A stretch of DNA of 64,000 nucleotides from Marsupella aquatica (lineage: Eukaryota > Plantae > Marchantiophyta): positions 10,851,875-10,915,874 of the forward strand of contig OZ316891.1 of assembly GCA_973895155.1 (NCBI GenBank), read 5' to 3'. Numbering within the stretch: position 1 is the first letter of the stretch; each line of letters opens with the position of its first letter. The notes below the pieces were generated by a model. It made no database searches and had not been told where the DNA came from. It saw only the letters and a program-made list of their open reading frames with translations. The position numbers and the translations under genes are program-made. Shown here in pieces: positions 26,016 through 39,502 of the stretch.

Positions 26016-28939
26016 TGTCCTTTAGTTCAATTTTCTTCAATCTTGGCCGAGCGCCATTAGATAGAGTAGACAAAGTTCAATGTGCAACTCAATTATATAT
26101 AAATATTTGGTTTCTTTAAAATTTCAAACTTTGTGATTCCCTTGAATGATCTATTTTGACCCTCATTTTGATCATGTAGTGAATAGTAGCACTATGTATT
26201 TGATTTTCAAACACAACTACGCAAGAATACTTGTTTATTTGAATAATGTTTTGAATATAGTAGTCACACTGATGGTTTTTTACTAAGATAGTAAACAATA
26301 AATTAAACTTGTACCTACATCCCAACATGGCTGAATTTGTGAAGAATCACAAGCACATCTATCAAATTTGATAACATTTTTGGAATTTTGTTAAATCAAT
26401 TTTGGAAATTTAAATAACATTTTTTGGAATTTCTTGACATTATTTTTGGAATATTCATTACATGTTTTGGAGAATTCAAATTCCAGTTTTAACGAATTGG
26501 TTGATGCTAGTGAAGAGGTGCAAAAGATTCAAAAGATTGGTGAAGGTTAAATTGGGAAGAAAATCTGTCATTGCAGTCACTACTTATAGAGTCTGCTCGA
26601 TCATATTTGTGGCCCTCTGTAGAAGGGCGGGGCACCACTCTATCCCGCACTCTGTCAGATCTAATAATGATATCAGGTTGGCTTAATCGGAAATTTAATA
26701 AAGAATAAAGGGTTATTGACGTGGAATCATTTCTGGAGGTTCCTGCTATTTCCATAATCTATTACCTAGAATGTATTGATCATAATTTTTTCTAGTACCG
26801 CATTTACATACTATAATGAAGGTCTGGGCTGGGGCCCTGGGGGTCTAGTCTGAACTTTGCTCTCATAACTCTCAGAAAAGCTTCCTGGCTATTGCTTGTC
26901 AATTTTTCTTCACTTTCTTGTCACAGGTTGCAGTCTAAAAACCTCAGCCCAAGCTATCATCATCCAAATATAATGTCATCATTCTCCCAGGACTTCAATA
27001 TTCTTAGTAGGGCAGAAGCAGTTGGTGTAGGGCCTATAAACACATCCCTTTTTGTATCTATACCAGGATTCTCAGGTTTCTGTCCCCCTGCAGGCCAGGG
27101 TTTTAGTTTGCTGCTGACTATGGGTTTAGTTCTTTTAATTGGGGATCTTTTTGGCTCTTTGATGGTCCAGTATTTTCCACTAAGTCGCCTTTTTTCCCCT
27201 TTGTCAATATAGGGTCCTCTACTCTTTGGGATCCACGTTTGTTGTTCACTAGCAGTGCTATACCTAGGTTCTATCAGGTTAGCCTGAAAAATCAATATTA
27301 TCAAAAGTTGCAGTCCCAAGACAATTTTGTATTTGTTATAAAACCCGGGAAATCATATAGATTTTTTTGCATTTTATGTAAAACAATGATGTATCAATGT
27401 TTAATAGTTTTAATTATCGGGGCTTACATGATATCAGTGTTTACACATCTGCATCATCAATGCTTAGGGCAGGACGGCTGTTAAGAAGCAGCTCTTTCTT
27501 TTAAGGCTTTGAGTCATAAACCTGAATTCTCCCTAATTTGTTGCAACTAGGTGTCACTGGGCCCACCTTTAGTGCCCCCCCTCATTGTCTTACTTAGATT
27601 TCACAAGTCATGGACTCAAGGGCAAGTTCTCCACTATTATGCCCTCACACTTGATGAGGAGGTTGAGACAGGTTAAAATTCTTGGTCAATATTTGATTAC
27701 CATCCCTTAAGGTAGTCCAGGCGATTCTTCACTTTTGGGGGCTTTCGGGTACTGCCATGCAAGCACCTTTAGTCACGATTTATATTTCATAATTGCGACA
27801 TACTTTCTACGATGTGCATGAGTTTGAATCTTGCATCCTGGACCAGGTGTTGAGCATTAGTCAGTGGATATGTCCATGTTGAAAATACCCAAAAAAATCC
27901 TTAACTTTAAGTCAAGGAAGATTGCTCATTCACTTACAAGATATTTTGCCTTCCATATATAGTCTCTCTGCATACGTGGAGAGATGATGGCCCTGGGGTG
28001 CTTTGATACTATTGGGAGGGGAATATTTTAATTTTTTTCTCTCCTTTTTCCTATTTCTACACTCCTATGCAACACCATTACTCCCTTTTTTTTCTTACAT
28101 TGGCACCATTAAATAAACAGAAAAATTGTACAAATAAATATAGAGAAGAAAAAGAAGCAGGAAATTGACCCATTTTCCTTCCTTCTAGAGTGTCATAGGC
28201 TCTGCAAAAATCCCAAAAAAAATTCATGCCCCAAAAGATTCTCCTTGTCTTCGTGTGTACTTTCATACTTGAAAAAAAACACATTTAAGATATGTCACAT
28301 AAGTATCTTCTCATACACAATGTGATCAGTATCATCTCCTAAACTTTGTATTCTACTATTAAAATGAGCATATCATTAGACATACCTGGTCAATCAATCC
28401 AAGAGTACAAAAAAATCTTTGAAAAAATATGATGGCTCAGATTTATTCCCACCATTTTTTAATTTGTAAGAAGCTGAAAGAGTTTTTTTGGCGGCATTAC
28501 ATATTATAGAAGTAAATTAAAACATGTTAAGATGCATATTATAGAAGTAGATTAGAACATTTTTAGCGGCGAAGTATTTACTTAAAGAGCTGAAAATTGG
28601 AGTGGCACATGTTAAATCAATGAGCAGCGGAAACGAAGGTCCGCGGCCTCATGCAATTAGCGTCCACCACACGGGAGGTTGCAGTTCCCGAACTTGCTAC
28701 GATGGACAGAAATAATAATAGAGCTTTACACGAGGGGGGTGAGGTGAGGCTTGATGAGGCTCGCTAGACATGAGCAAACAATTCGCGCACCGTGTGTAGA
28801 TGCTCTGTCCAATTGTTCTGCGGAGCTCGAAGAACCCTAGCGGAGCATCAGTATCAGGTCTCGACCTACATTTTGATTTCCGCTCGTCAGGCGCGAGGAG
28901 GGAGGCCGTCGGTAGGACGAGCGAGTTTGCGCAGATTGG

Positions 28940-31900
28940 ATGTCTACGTTCGGTGACATCGAGGGGATCAGAAACATGGAAGAGGACGAAGAAGACGATG
29001 AGGAGGAGGAGGAGGAGGAGCAACGGGTGTTCGCCAAGATTATGCTACATTCGGCTCCGGTCCCGTATCTGCAGAAGATGAATCTGCCGGGATTGAGCCA
29101 GACCTGCAGGTAGGTGCCCGCCCCTTGTCCTGCGACAATTATGCTTGTCATCCGCGTCAAAGGAATTTTGAAGCCCGTTTCCGCGCCACTGGCGTGTTCA
29201 TTTGACGAGTTCGTGTGTCGTCGTCCAAGCTTTTGAGCTGAGTACTGTGCAATTGGACGTGATTGCTGCTGTTGGAAATAGACAATACATTGACGGAGTG
29301 CGGGAACTTTCCCTCTCATTGCAGTGCCGTTGCGTGGTGCGCAAAATCAAACATCATAGCTTGTGCAACCGAGATTTGTGCGCGAGAGCCAGGGTAAGGC
29401 TGGCTGATGCCTCCACTGTAAATTGCTATTCGTTCCGTGTCTTTAAACATCCCGCCGATAGCTTTCTCGATTTGAATCGTCCGGGGAAGCCTCGACGTTG
29501 GCTGCTTGTAGGTTCATGAGAGAGGCGTACATATATGAGGCCTCCATAGAGAATTGATCAGTACCGCACATCGGAAATCATGCATTACAACTTTCTACCA
29601 TCGAAGCTGCTAAAAGTTGGGTATGTGACATTTACTAATTGTTCTCGTCTTTCGATTGCCAGCTCCAATCAGCAACCAGCATTCTGGATTCCAGTTCATA
29701 TATTCGATCCAGAACGCCCTTCTGAACATGCGATATTTAACGTGACCGCAGGTTTGTCAGCGTCCTTGCTCCGGACCTCAAAGGGTTTTGGCTGTTTTAG
29801 CTAGGGTTTAAGTAATAGCTCATTTCTCTGAGATGTGTATAATCATTTCAAAGTTCTTTTGACCTGAAAACCCGGATTGGTCCCAGAAGCCCCTGAAAGT
29901 GGCATTTTCGCAACAATGTACTAAAGAGGAATATGCCAGCGTCCACAAGACCATATCAGCCTCCCTGAAGAAACTGAGCTGACTATCTAGGACAACTGAA
30001 TACATTGTTTTCTGTATTCTCTATGTCAATCAGTAAATGCTGTAGAATGATTGCGAGAGCTTTAATGCATTCGTTTTGCAGAAACGCCCAATGACGGGGT
30101 GGAGTTCCTGGAGTGGTCTCCTGTTTGCTGCTCACAGGCTTTGCTAGTCGGTAACTCCTGTGGCCGAGTGACGGTCTGGTCTCAACCCACACAAGTGAGT
30201 ATCCGAACACGTTGGGGCAGACAAGGGTATCAATAGTCTGAGGCACCTGTTAATGTTCATATTTCCAATAATAGCTATTTGCATAATATGACTCCTTGCA
30301 TTCAAGTAGGGTTCTGCCAACGTTGCACATACCATCAATTGCTGGAGCTGTGAGCACGAGTGGCGACAAGAACAGGCAGTGAAGATTAAATGGGTGGCAG
30401 GTCTCCCTCCTGTATGTTTTACTGGCTCGATTTGTCTCCCTTTTAGCATCAGTGTTTATTTTGCAGTTCTGCTGCCACACCTATCCATGATTTCGAACAT
30501 GAACTAGTGCTTAAACTTTCATTTACAGAAGCTGTAAAATATAGCTGTAATCTGTCTAGCCTGTGGTGGCACGGGTTGTACCACCAAAAGATATTGTCGT
30601 CTCTTCAGTTTGCCCTTGTAGCCTTTGCGAGGTACTTCCGTGTATAACACCGTGCTAGATTCTGGCACGGCAGAGCTCTTGAAGGATTCGATTTTGCACA
30701 CGACTATACTTGAGTTCAGTTTTAATCTCCTCTCATGTTTTGCGTTTGGCGAAATATTCAGTATCGGTTTTCATCAACGCCTCCAACATCAGCTCCAAGT
30801 TCGAAGTCTTTGGAGGAGAGGTTTCTTGCTCACATTCCTCGTTCTTCAGGTAGCTAATATGGATTCCGCTCGTATTTAAATGCATCGGATAAATCGGTCA
30901 GTAGTAGAACTATGTCTGATTTCTCTGTTTAAGTTTTTCCTCCCTATTAGGTTTTCCAAATCTCATCTTTTCATTGTGGGCAATTGACCGTGAAAAGCGA
31001 TATACTTTACCTTGTGTTCATGAGAATGAATCTATGTCCACCACAACTTTATCTAAGGCTGTCCGTGTTTATGTGGCAGTTCGATGGCCCAATTTCTTGT
31101 GTATGTGCTCAATATTTTACTCTGGTTCTGTGCAACTGCACTGGCGTCAATGGCCCTCACCTCAGACAGGCAATTCTTCAAGTTGGTTTTCCACAAGTAA
31201 GGCTGTTTTGGGAGCTGGACCCAGCGGCCTATTTGCTTCGGATACAATGATATCCGACACTGGCAATTTGCTTGTCGCTGGAACTCCCGTCGGTACCCCC
31301 TCAACAGTGATTGTGTGGGAGATTAGTCCAGGGGCCGTGAATCATTCCAATGGGAACCAACAACCTCTCAAGTATGGCATGCCAGTACAAACACCACTGC
31401 CACTAGGGCCTCCTCCGTGGGCAGGAATTGCGCCGTTGGCTGCATGCTTGCTGAGCTGGCAGGAGCAGTCAATTACAGACACCAAACCAGCACAATGGGC
31501 TGGGCAATTGCGTGTGGAGGATGAAGTGAAACCTGGACCGCTGCTCCATTGCTCTCCAATATCAACCTTATCAGCATATGTGGCTCCTGATGCATCAACC
31601 TTAACAACTTGGGGATCGGGAGTTGCTGATATTGCTTTCGATCCATCAAGCGGAGGTTCTGCCCTGATGACAATGATCTGTGAAGGTAGGTCGTCTGCCT
31701 TAATAGCCTCATATCCGACCTTTTGCTATTGAACGAAGAGACAGGTGGCCCCTTTTCTTTCTGAAGGGATGATCATAATTAATTGATGAAACTTCAATTC
31801 GTCGAATAAGTTTCTATTTTGGTTGTGGGGTGGGTGGCAAATGAGCTAAATCTGTCTTTCAATTTCTTCTTAAGGTAGTGTCATTCATGAAATTGGTTTT

Positions 31901-34900
31901 TCTTGCACATTTGTCTCTGTTGGATTCCACTTGTACGTATTTATTCCGAAAACAAAAGTGAGATTTCGAAGAGGTTTTTAGCATCCAGCAGTTCTTATTG
32001 AAGTTGTCCCGGAATCTGGATTAGTTCTGTTAGTGTTGTCGGAATATCAAAGCTCTGCGTTAGCATATTATCTTGCTCACCGGAACTTTTTGGTTAAAAC
32101 AGAACAATCGTCTTCTTTTGTATCTCGTGTCCTTTTGTGCCAGGTTACTTTATATCCCCGGAATGCCCAGACGAGGGACCCTGTCTTACAGGATGGAGTT
32201 TTCAAAGGTGGGAAAGTTCTCGCCAACCAGTGGTTATACATCCTTTGTTTGAAGGGAGTGGAGCTTACCCTGCTTCTGCCCCTGCAAACATTACATCTTG
32301 GACTGTTGTGTCCAACCAAAGTATCACCCAGAAGAGCAATACTTCGAGGCAACAGACGAGCGCGGTTACCGCAGACTTTGTAGGATGGAAGAACTTTAAT
32401 CGACCGAACAATCCTAGATGTGTTGCAAAGATTCTATTCTCGCCAATAGGAGATTTTGCCATATCTCTTGCACCCGGTGAAGTCTATGTGTTCGCAGCAT
32501 CTTCCATGATTCCTACGAATAGCTTTGTGGTTCGTACTGGTATAAGCTACCCGCCCGGAGTTGCTTTCTCGCCTACGAGTTGCTGTGTAGCATTAGCGAG
32601 GCACCACAATCAGGAAGATTGTAGCCTCCTCAAAATTGCGTGCTTGGAGCCTCCTAGCTCAACTGGCTCTCAAGGAAGTATGGGTGGCTCTTTAACATGG
32701 GAGCGCCATCTAGCAGATAGGTAAGACTTTGAAGTATTTGATGATCCATAAGTCGATTGGCTGCAAGGCCTTTTTTTGTGCAGCTGCTTTTCCGAAATTG
32801 ATACTGAAGTTGCTTCTTGTTTCCAGATTCTGGTGGAGCCTTGTGAATGAATTGGACTGGTGGGATATTATTGCTTGCACTCAATTTGCTGTTGAAGACA
32901 GTATTGGTATGAATTCTCTGACTCATGACCGTCCATCGTCATCTTGCACAATACACAAAAATATCTAATACGATTTGATTCTGCCTTCCACGTAGTTTAG
33001 AGAATCAACATAGTTCAGTGATCTTGGAACTTCATAGCAACATCGGTTGGTTCACATTGCTGTCATTAGTCCTGAGTAGCACTTGAAAGATCTTGGTTCT
33101 TGCCCACCGAGGAGCGTATCACATGTTAAAAATTACTCCATCCATGGAGGCTTTTACACGTGTTGTTGTTGAACTAAAGCTTTGTTTAAAACGCGGACTT
33201 CATGTCGAAGGAATTCAGAAATCTGTGTACCTGCGGAGGCTAGATCATCATGGATAAAATGTTTTCGTCTGCGCAGTGACAGTTGCCAAGGTGGCAGCAG
33301 TATTGGATGGGGACTTTCATGCGCTTCCCAATTCTTCGCACCGGCAACATTACAGCAAGGTAGGAGAACCGTACCTCCTCTCCTGGTTACGCCAGAGAGA
33401 AAGAAATAGATCATTCGATTTTGAAGTTGTAAGTACGATTTGTTCATTAAACGGACTGGATGGACTGGAAATGACTCAAGGAGTTGGGAGATATCCCGAC
33501 AAAAACTTGTAATTTATCTTCGATCGCCGCTCTTGAGAATCACATTAATAGAAAGGGGCTGATAAATTTCTGATTTTAGGATTAATCAGGACATATTTGA
33601 TAGCTTTAGGACTTCCGATAACTTTACAGAAGACTCCAGCCCAATAAGGAGCTCGCTATGGATGTTAGATGCTTTTAAGCCTAGCGTATTCCAAGACTGT
33701 TCTGGAAAGACCAAGAAAAAGCTAGAAAATAGGACCTCTGCTGATTTCTAAGGAAAACGAAATTCGATTTCTTGGTTGTTTCGTATGTCCTGCAGAAAGT
33801 AAATGTTCAGGACTCCCGCATCGCAGGAGTTGATTGCAGATAGAGTTTCCTATTTTCAAGACTTCTCACGGGCTGGGTTGATATAGTGGGATGATCTGAC
33901 GTTAGTACTTGTGGTGTTGTACAGGTGTTAGACAAAATAAAATGCCGAATGCTCGAGGGAACCGATGCTGCCGATATCAGGGCTCTAGTATTAGACATGC
34001 AAGCAAGACTTCTTCTTGACATGTTAGGAAAGGGAATAGAGGGCGCGCTGACAAATCCTGCCTCTCTTGTTGTGGAGCCCTGGCTAGCATCTAGTGAGAC
34101 TTTACAAGCACTTGCAGCTGATGCAATGGCTGTTGATCCTGCGCTTGTGCCCTCGATTCAGGTATGGATTGTCGATCTTCTACGACTTAGACAATCTTAC
34201 GCCTCTGTACCCCTTCCCCATTTGATATTGTGTTAGTGTTCTAGCCGGCAAGTCATAATAGTGCTTTTTTTTACCGCATACTATCTTGCTAGAAAATAAT
34301 GGGGCCAATGTTAGATGGTATGGTCATAACAGTAGCTTTTGCTGAATCCGTGAATAGGTAATAAGCCAACCTGGATGGATCTCTAGTGCTAATCATTCTC
34401 TGATCTTGGTGTTGTGAAGGCCTACGTTGACTCTATTCTAGACCTCGCATCACATTTCTTGACTCGGCTCAGACGCTATGCCAGCTTCTGCCGAACATTA
34501 GCTTCACATTCTGTTGCCAACTCCTCTGGGGATAAATTTAGTCGACCTGGTGCAAATTTAAGCAACGGGGGGACTACACAAGCTGGACAAGGTCAGTTGT
34601 TGATACCAACCTTTGTTCGTCGCTCATATTTTGTGTTTCTTGGATTTTATTTTCTCCCCATTCCCGTGTCGGGAATAGAGCTGACCGTCGGCGGGCCCAA
34701 ATTCCGTACCATCTCGTTAAGGACAAACACACTTATTCGTATGTCAAGGGCTGGTAAGGTTTTGCGCGTTGAATCGGATTAAAGGTTGTTGCTCTATCCA
34801 ACTGAGCTAAGAATGCGGCGCAACACTAACCATTTCGCAAAACAAAAGTGAGTTCCAGAGAAGAAAGAAGCTTGTTTACCCGTGGTTATAAACAATCGTA

Positions 34901-37208
34901 TGCCTCTAAGCGTTTCCCCAGTTTTGGCGGGCAATGAATTGGCTCGGTTGCCAGTTTTTGGTCAGCGGTTTCGTGTCGGGTAGCTTTATATCGCCCCGAC
35001 CGGCGGCTCGGACAGGAACGATGACTGGAGATGAATTATTATAGAGAAGCTGACAGAAAGTCTAAAATGGGGTCTACGTTTGGTTCCCTTTAGAATAGTG
35101 CGGATGTTCTCAAATAGCCCATCTCTGTTCCACTTCAATAAGTAGTGTCTTTCGATTATACACCTTGAATTGAAGTTTCGGCCCCCCAAGTCCTCACTTT
35201 GCATACGACTTGAATTTCAGGGTCAGCAACTCAGCCAAACTCAGGCGCTAACGCAGGAGCCACTCCTGGGGTGAATGCATTTTTTCAATCAGCAATTGCA
35301 GTAGCTAAAGGCAATAGCAGTGCCGAAGGTGCTACTCCTAATGCACCAGGCTCTGGAACTGCACAATCTGCTCCCTTGCCCCTGACTGTGAGCACTGCAA
35401 CCTTCCCTGGAATACCAGCTGTAAGGCTCGTTGGAGATCCTCAATTTCTTCACAGGCTGTGCCAACTACTTTTCTTCTGCGTCATTTTCCGTAAAAAACA
35501 GGTTCCACGTTTTGTTCCTGGGTCCAGAATAGCACCAGACACTACCGCAGCAGCTGGAAAAGTTGTTCCCAAGACTGAAGATAGTAGCGCTACCAGTGCA
35601 GTTACAAGGTCTTCAAGTGGTGGTTCTATTGTTAAGGCAGAAGATGGCACACGGGTTGCATCTACTAGTAAGTCTGAGGAAAATCCGCGATCTGTTCGTG
35701 TTGGAAATGGAAATGCTGGTCAAGGCTACACACCAGACGAGGTAACCGATGTCTTTCATCTCTCACGTTATCCAATCCTAGTTTCTAACCGTTAGTTCCG
35801 AGTCTTTCCGCGTATGCGTTTGTGCAGCTGAGACTCGAGATCTGTCTTTGGTAGTGCGAGATTCGTTTGTCTTATCGTGTTGTACACAGAGTAGGTCCTA
35901 CACCGTTATCAAAAGATCATGTTTACTGTTTCAGGTTACCTCTCACGTTCTGGAAGTGAGTGATGTCCCATTCCCCTTATGGTCGTTCTGAATATGTAAA
36001 TCTTGAAATATGCAGGTGAAGTTCCTTTTTCTGGTGCTCGTTGATCTTTGCAAGAGAACTTCAATGCACCCACATCCAATGCCAAAGTCTCAGGTTGGAA
36101 TCGCCCAACCTATCATGAGACTGCACTATGCTGACGGTCAATGCAGTGTGACACCAGATGTTGTGGAGCAATCACTTTCACCTCACATGCAGGTGTGTTG
36201 CATTGTTCCAAAAGCTTGTTACTGGTGACATAGCGTAAGCCAGCTTGTTCAACTTAGGCTTATGTGAACTTTTTCGGAAGTAGAGCTGGTCAAGAGAACC
36301 GTGGTAGTGGTTTTGGCCCGATTAGTTATACGCCAACCCAATTTTCTGATTTCTTTGCAGAATTTGTTTAGTTATGCATTTGTCCTCAATCAGCATGAAA
36401 CGAAGTGAAACTCATATTCGTGGGATTGCAAGCAAGAGTAGATCCTAACGATCGTCGCTGTTTTGTCCCAGCCACAATTACCACGTCCACGTGGAGCTGA
36501 TGCTGCTGGACTGTTGATGAGAGAGCTGGAACTTCACCCACCAGCAGAAGAATGGAATCGACGGGTTGTCTCCCTTGGTCCTTGGAACAGTCCTCATTCT
36601 GATCTAGAAAGTGTGCAAGAGGAAGATCAAACTCCATTTGAACTTTGGCCAAGGAAGCGTAGATATGCTGAGCGGGATGCCGCACTTGGATTGAGAACGG
36701 CTATTGGCCTTGGGAGCTTCTCAGGTTTTATGGGCTCTCGCCGGGATGTCGTCACAGGAGCATGGAAAACTGCTCATCATGCAATTTGGCATAAGGTACT
36801 TTTCATCAAACCTCTCCTGGAGCTTTATGTTTACAGATTGTAGGAAGATGAGTGTGGTCAACTTGCAATGGAAATCCTCAGAGAATCATACAGCCTCATC
36901 TCTGGGAGTTCTTACAGAGATGAGTAGCAAACGTGATTGTTGTGACTGCAAGCGGAGCTACTCTGCTGGGACGACTTTAGTCCTTAGTCTCCAAATACTC
37001 TTTATCTATCTTGCCCACATTACTAAACATGTCTTCCTGTGTATAGTGTATGCGATGTGGGAGACAAACAGCCTCTCTTGCAGCTCCGACTTTGGCCTCA
37101 GGTGGTTCAGCTACTCCTTTGGCCTCAGGTGGTTCAGTTGCATGGTGGACAGGAAGGTGGGCATATGGTTGTCCGATGTGTGGCGGAAGGTGGGCACGGA
37201 TGCTCTAG
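28940..37208 (+). CDS. MED16: Mediator of RNA polymerase II transcription subunit 16 (SFR6), multi-exon
   Basis: Exon peptides AVAWCAKSNIIACATE, FWIPVHIFDPERPSE, SGSVQLHWRQWP, LDKIKCRMLEG, AYVDSILDLASHFLTRLRRYASFCRTLA, PRPRGADAAGLLMRELELHPPAEEW, and C-terminal CMRCGRQT...RWAYGCPMCGGRWARML*. GT-AG introns. The start is either 28940 or 28976. Confidence 0.93.
34699..34783 (-). pseudogene. rrn18: Mitochondrial SSU rRNA (rrn18) fragment, NUMT
   Basis: Minus strand reads TTTAATCCGATTCAACGCGCAAAACCTTACCAGCCCTTGACAT...TGTCCTTAACGAGATGGTAC. This is the plant-mitochondrial version of the conserved CAACGCGAAGAACCTTACC SSU rRNA segment. Confidence 0.75.
34782..34816 (-). pseudogene. 5' half of an organellar tRNA, probably trnR(UCU)
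   Basis: Minus strand GCATTCTTAGCTCAGTTGGATAGAGCAACAACCTT gives the acceptor 5' strand, D-arm and anticodon stem, truncated within the anticodon loop. Confidence 0.6.
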
Positions 37209-37308
37209 TGTTTGGGGTTTAGGTCATGGTGGACAGGAAGGTGGGCATATGGTTGTCCGATGTGTGGCGGAAGGTGGGCACGGATGCTCTAGTGTTTGGG
37301 GTTTAGGT
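37141..37308. repeat. Perfect 84-bp tandem duplication spanning the MED16 stop codon
   Basis: CATGGTGGACAGGAAGG...GCTCTAGTGTTTGGGGTTTAGGT occurs at 37141 and 37225. Confidence 0.9.
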
Positions 37309-39502
37309 CATTGCAGTTAAGATGTTAATTAGGGGAATCGGAGAAATCTCTTCTCTCAACTGTAAATTATTCCCGATTTCCATTCTTTGTAGATAATTTT
37401 AAGATGTGACGCGCAAATGACCCTTAGAATAGTCTATCTAGAAACTGGTAGAGCATGTACAGGCCCATTGTGGAGAGTGCCAAGTTCTTTTGACGAGAGG
37501 TGGGAGTAGAAATGCATTGTTTCTCTTACTGGGGACAACCTATGTCTGACGGAACCAGTTTTCCAATGGCAACGATCATATTGTCGTGATCCCAGCCGAG
37601 ACTTTGAAGGGTGGTCGTGTATGGCATTCGAAGTACACCAGGGACCCTCCCTAGGACGGAGAGGCAAGGAGACCCTTCTCGCTGGACCAGGGAACACCTA
37701 CAGTATTCAAAAAGCTTGGGTAAGTTGGGTCGCTTCAGTGCATGAATCAACATGGTGATGATCAACAGGAATTCCCAACAAATTGGCCTGGGACGGGCAG
37801 ATGGAAATAAAGTTTCCATTCAAGCTTGGGGAACTCATTTCTTCGCAAAAGTTTTGTTTGTGAATTTGGTACAGAGCCACCAATGTGTTGGAGGGTGTGA
37901 ATGCCAATTGAATTATATGAGTCTAGCTAAGGAGGTCGCTCGAACAAAATGGAAGCATATGGCACGGATGGCAATTAGATGTGGGTAGCTTTATCATCTC
38001 ACACTGATGGATCGTGATTGTCAGAGTAGAGAGTTTGCGGAGAATGTATGCGGAAACATCAGCCTTGACTTGCAAATCAAGACCCAAACTAAAACATATC
38101 TGCTAAGATCCTCGAGGAGATTTACTTTGATAGAGATGGCGGGGCACTGAAAGGCAACTCTGCAGAGGGCATTTCCATGGTTGCTAATGATATGGTTTTC
38201 GCTCAAATGCTTCAAATCATTTTCATTCATATGCTTAAAATTTTGCGGCATGTGTTTGTATCCACTGAAAGAACATCATTGTTTTGCCTCGTCTGGATTT
38301 GCATTATTGTTTCTCCTGGTTGGAGGAATATAAAGAGCAATTCAGAACTGTCCTACCTGAACGATCTCCGAACAGCAGGCTTGATCTGCATTCTTCACTG
38401 TCCAAAATTACTGGACCATGGTCCCACAACATATAGACGAAGTAAATGATAATAGCTTGCAGTCTACAAATTCTGGCCATAGGTTGATGATGGGTGAGCC
38501 CGTGGGTTTATCACGTCCATCAAAATTCCCATCCACTGTCTTCGTCAAGTGAGCTGCTGAATTTTCTCGTCAGTCGTAACTCGTACGCAACCTAGACCAC
38601 TGGAGAAGGTGAGGAGTTGTGGCAGAAAGGGGGGACGTTCCATTAGAACCAAAGACACCAACCACATGGAAAAACCTTTGAATGACTGACAGCGAAATGT
38701 TTATCCGTTTCAAGTTTTATCTGATTCAAGACTGCAGCTGACCAATATGAACTCTGCAATATTGTGCGAACGCATGGTCTAATTATTCCCTTGTCTTTGC
38801 ATCGATTCCTGACCCTGAAGTAGGAATTAATCGGTACGTGAGGAACAGTCTTTACATGCTTACTTGCTCTCTTTTCTGCTTTCCACGAAGTACCCGATGC
38901 TGGTTCGGTGCACCTGTTGATGTTGAAGGTCATACAGGGTGCAGAATCTGTCGAGTACATACATGCTCTTGCTCCCATCTCACCGACATATTTTTCGAAG
39001 GAGGCTGTGCAAGCTCTGCATCGTACAGCTATGGAGAACATTCCCCTTTGGTTCACGATGTCAACCAGACGTATGTCTACGGTACTGCGGGTAGTGTTAT
39101 GGAGACAGTCGGCAGTGCCTTCATCCGTATGCCTCAACTCCAGACAAGAAGTTTCTCAAGGTTGAAATTTGAGAGTCTCCAACAGCTACTGCTTCAAGGC
39201 ATTCCAGGTATCTAGCCAGGTTACGGCTCGCTCGTCTGATTCGATGTCGTCGCCATGGCTTTTAGGACCAAGAGTATATGGTACTCTATATAGACCCAGA
39301 CACCAAGTCTCCAAGAGTCCTAAGTGAAGCTTTAGCAAGGATCCTTGAGGTGATATATCAGATACTGGGGAACCACTTATGTACAGATGGGAAATTGTCA
39401 ACATTCTGTTTAATGTTCATTGCTTTTACCTCGAAAGGGGGCCGAATTCCATGCTTGAAGTAATTCTTTCTAACCGTGGCATCGGACATGCTCTATCAAA
39501 TT

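Larger units (their letters stand above)
6934..26505. mobile_element. Large (~19.6 kb including nested inserts) TIR DNA transposon, Sola-like (4-bp TSD)
   Basis: Left TIR ATCAACCAATTCATTAAAAGTGGAA (6934-6958) matches the reverse complement of 26481-26505 (ATCAACCAATTCGTTAAAACTGGAA) at 23/25. GCTA lies directly outside both ends (6930-6933, 26506-26509). TTTTGGAAT subterminal motifs occur at both ends, and DDE transposase remnants lie inside. Confidence 0.85.

Noticed and set aside
37400-39470. Short ORFs between MED16 and the O-fucosyltransferase gene
   Set aside because: No recognisable motif or consistent splice model.
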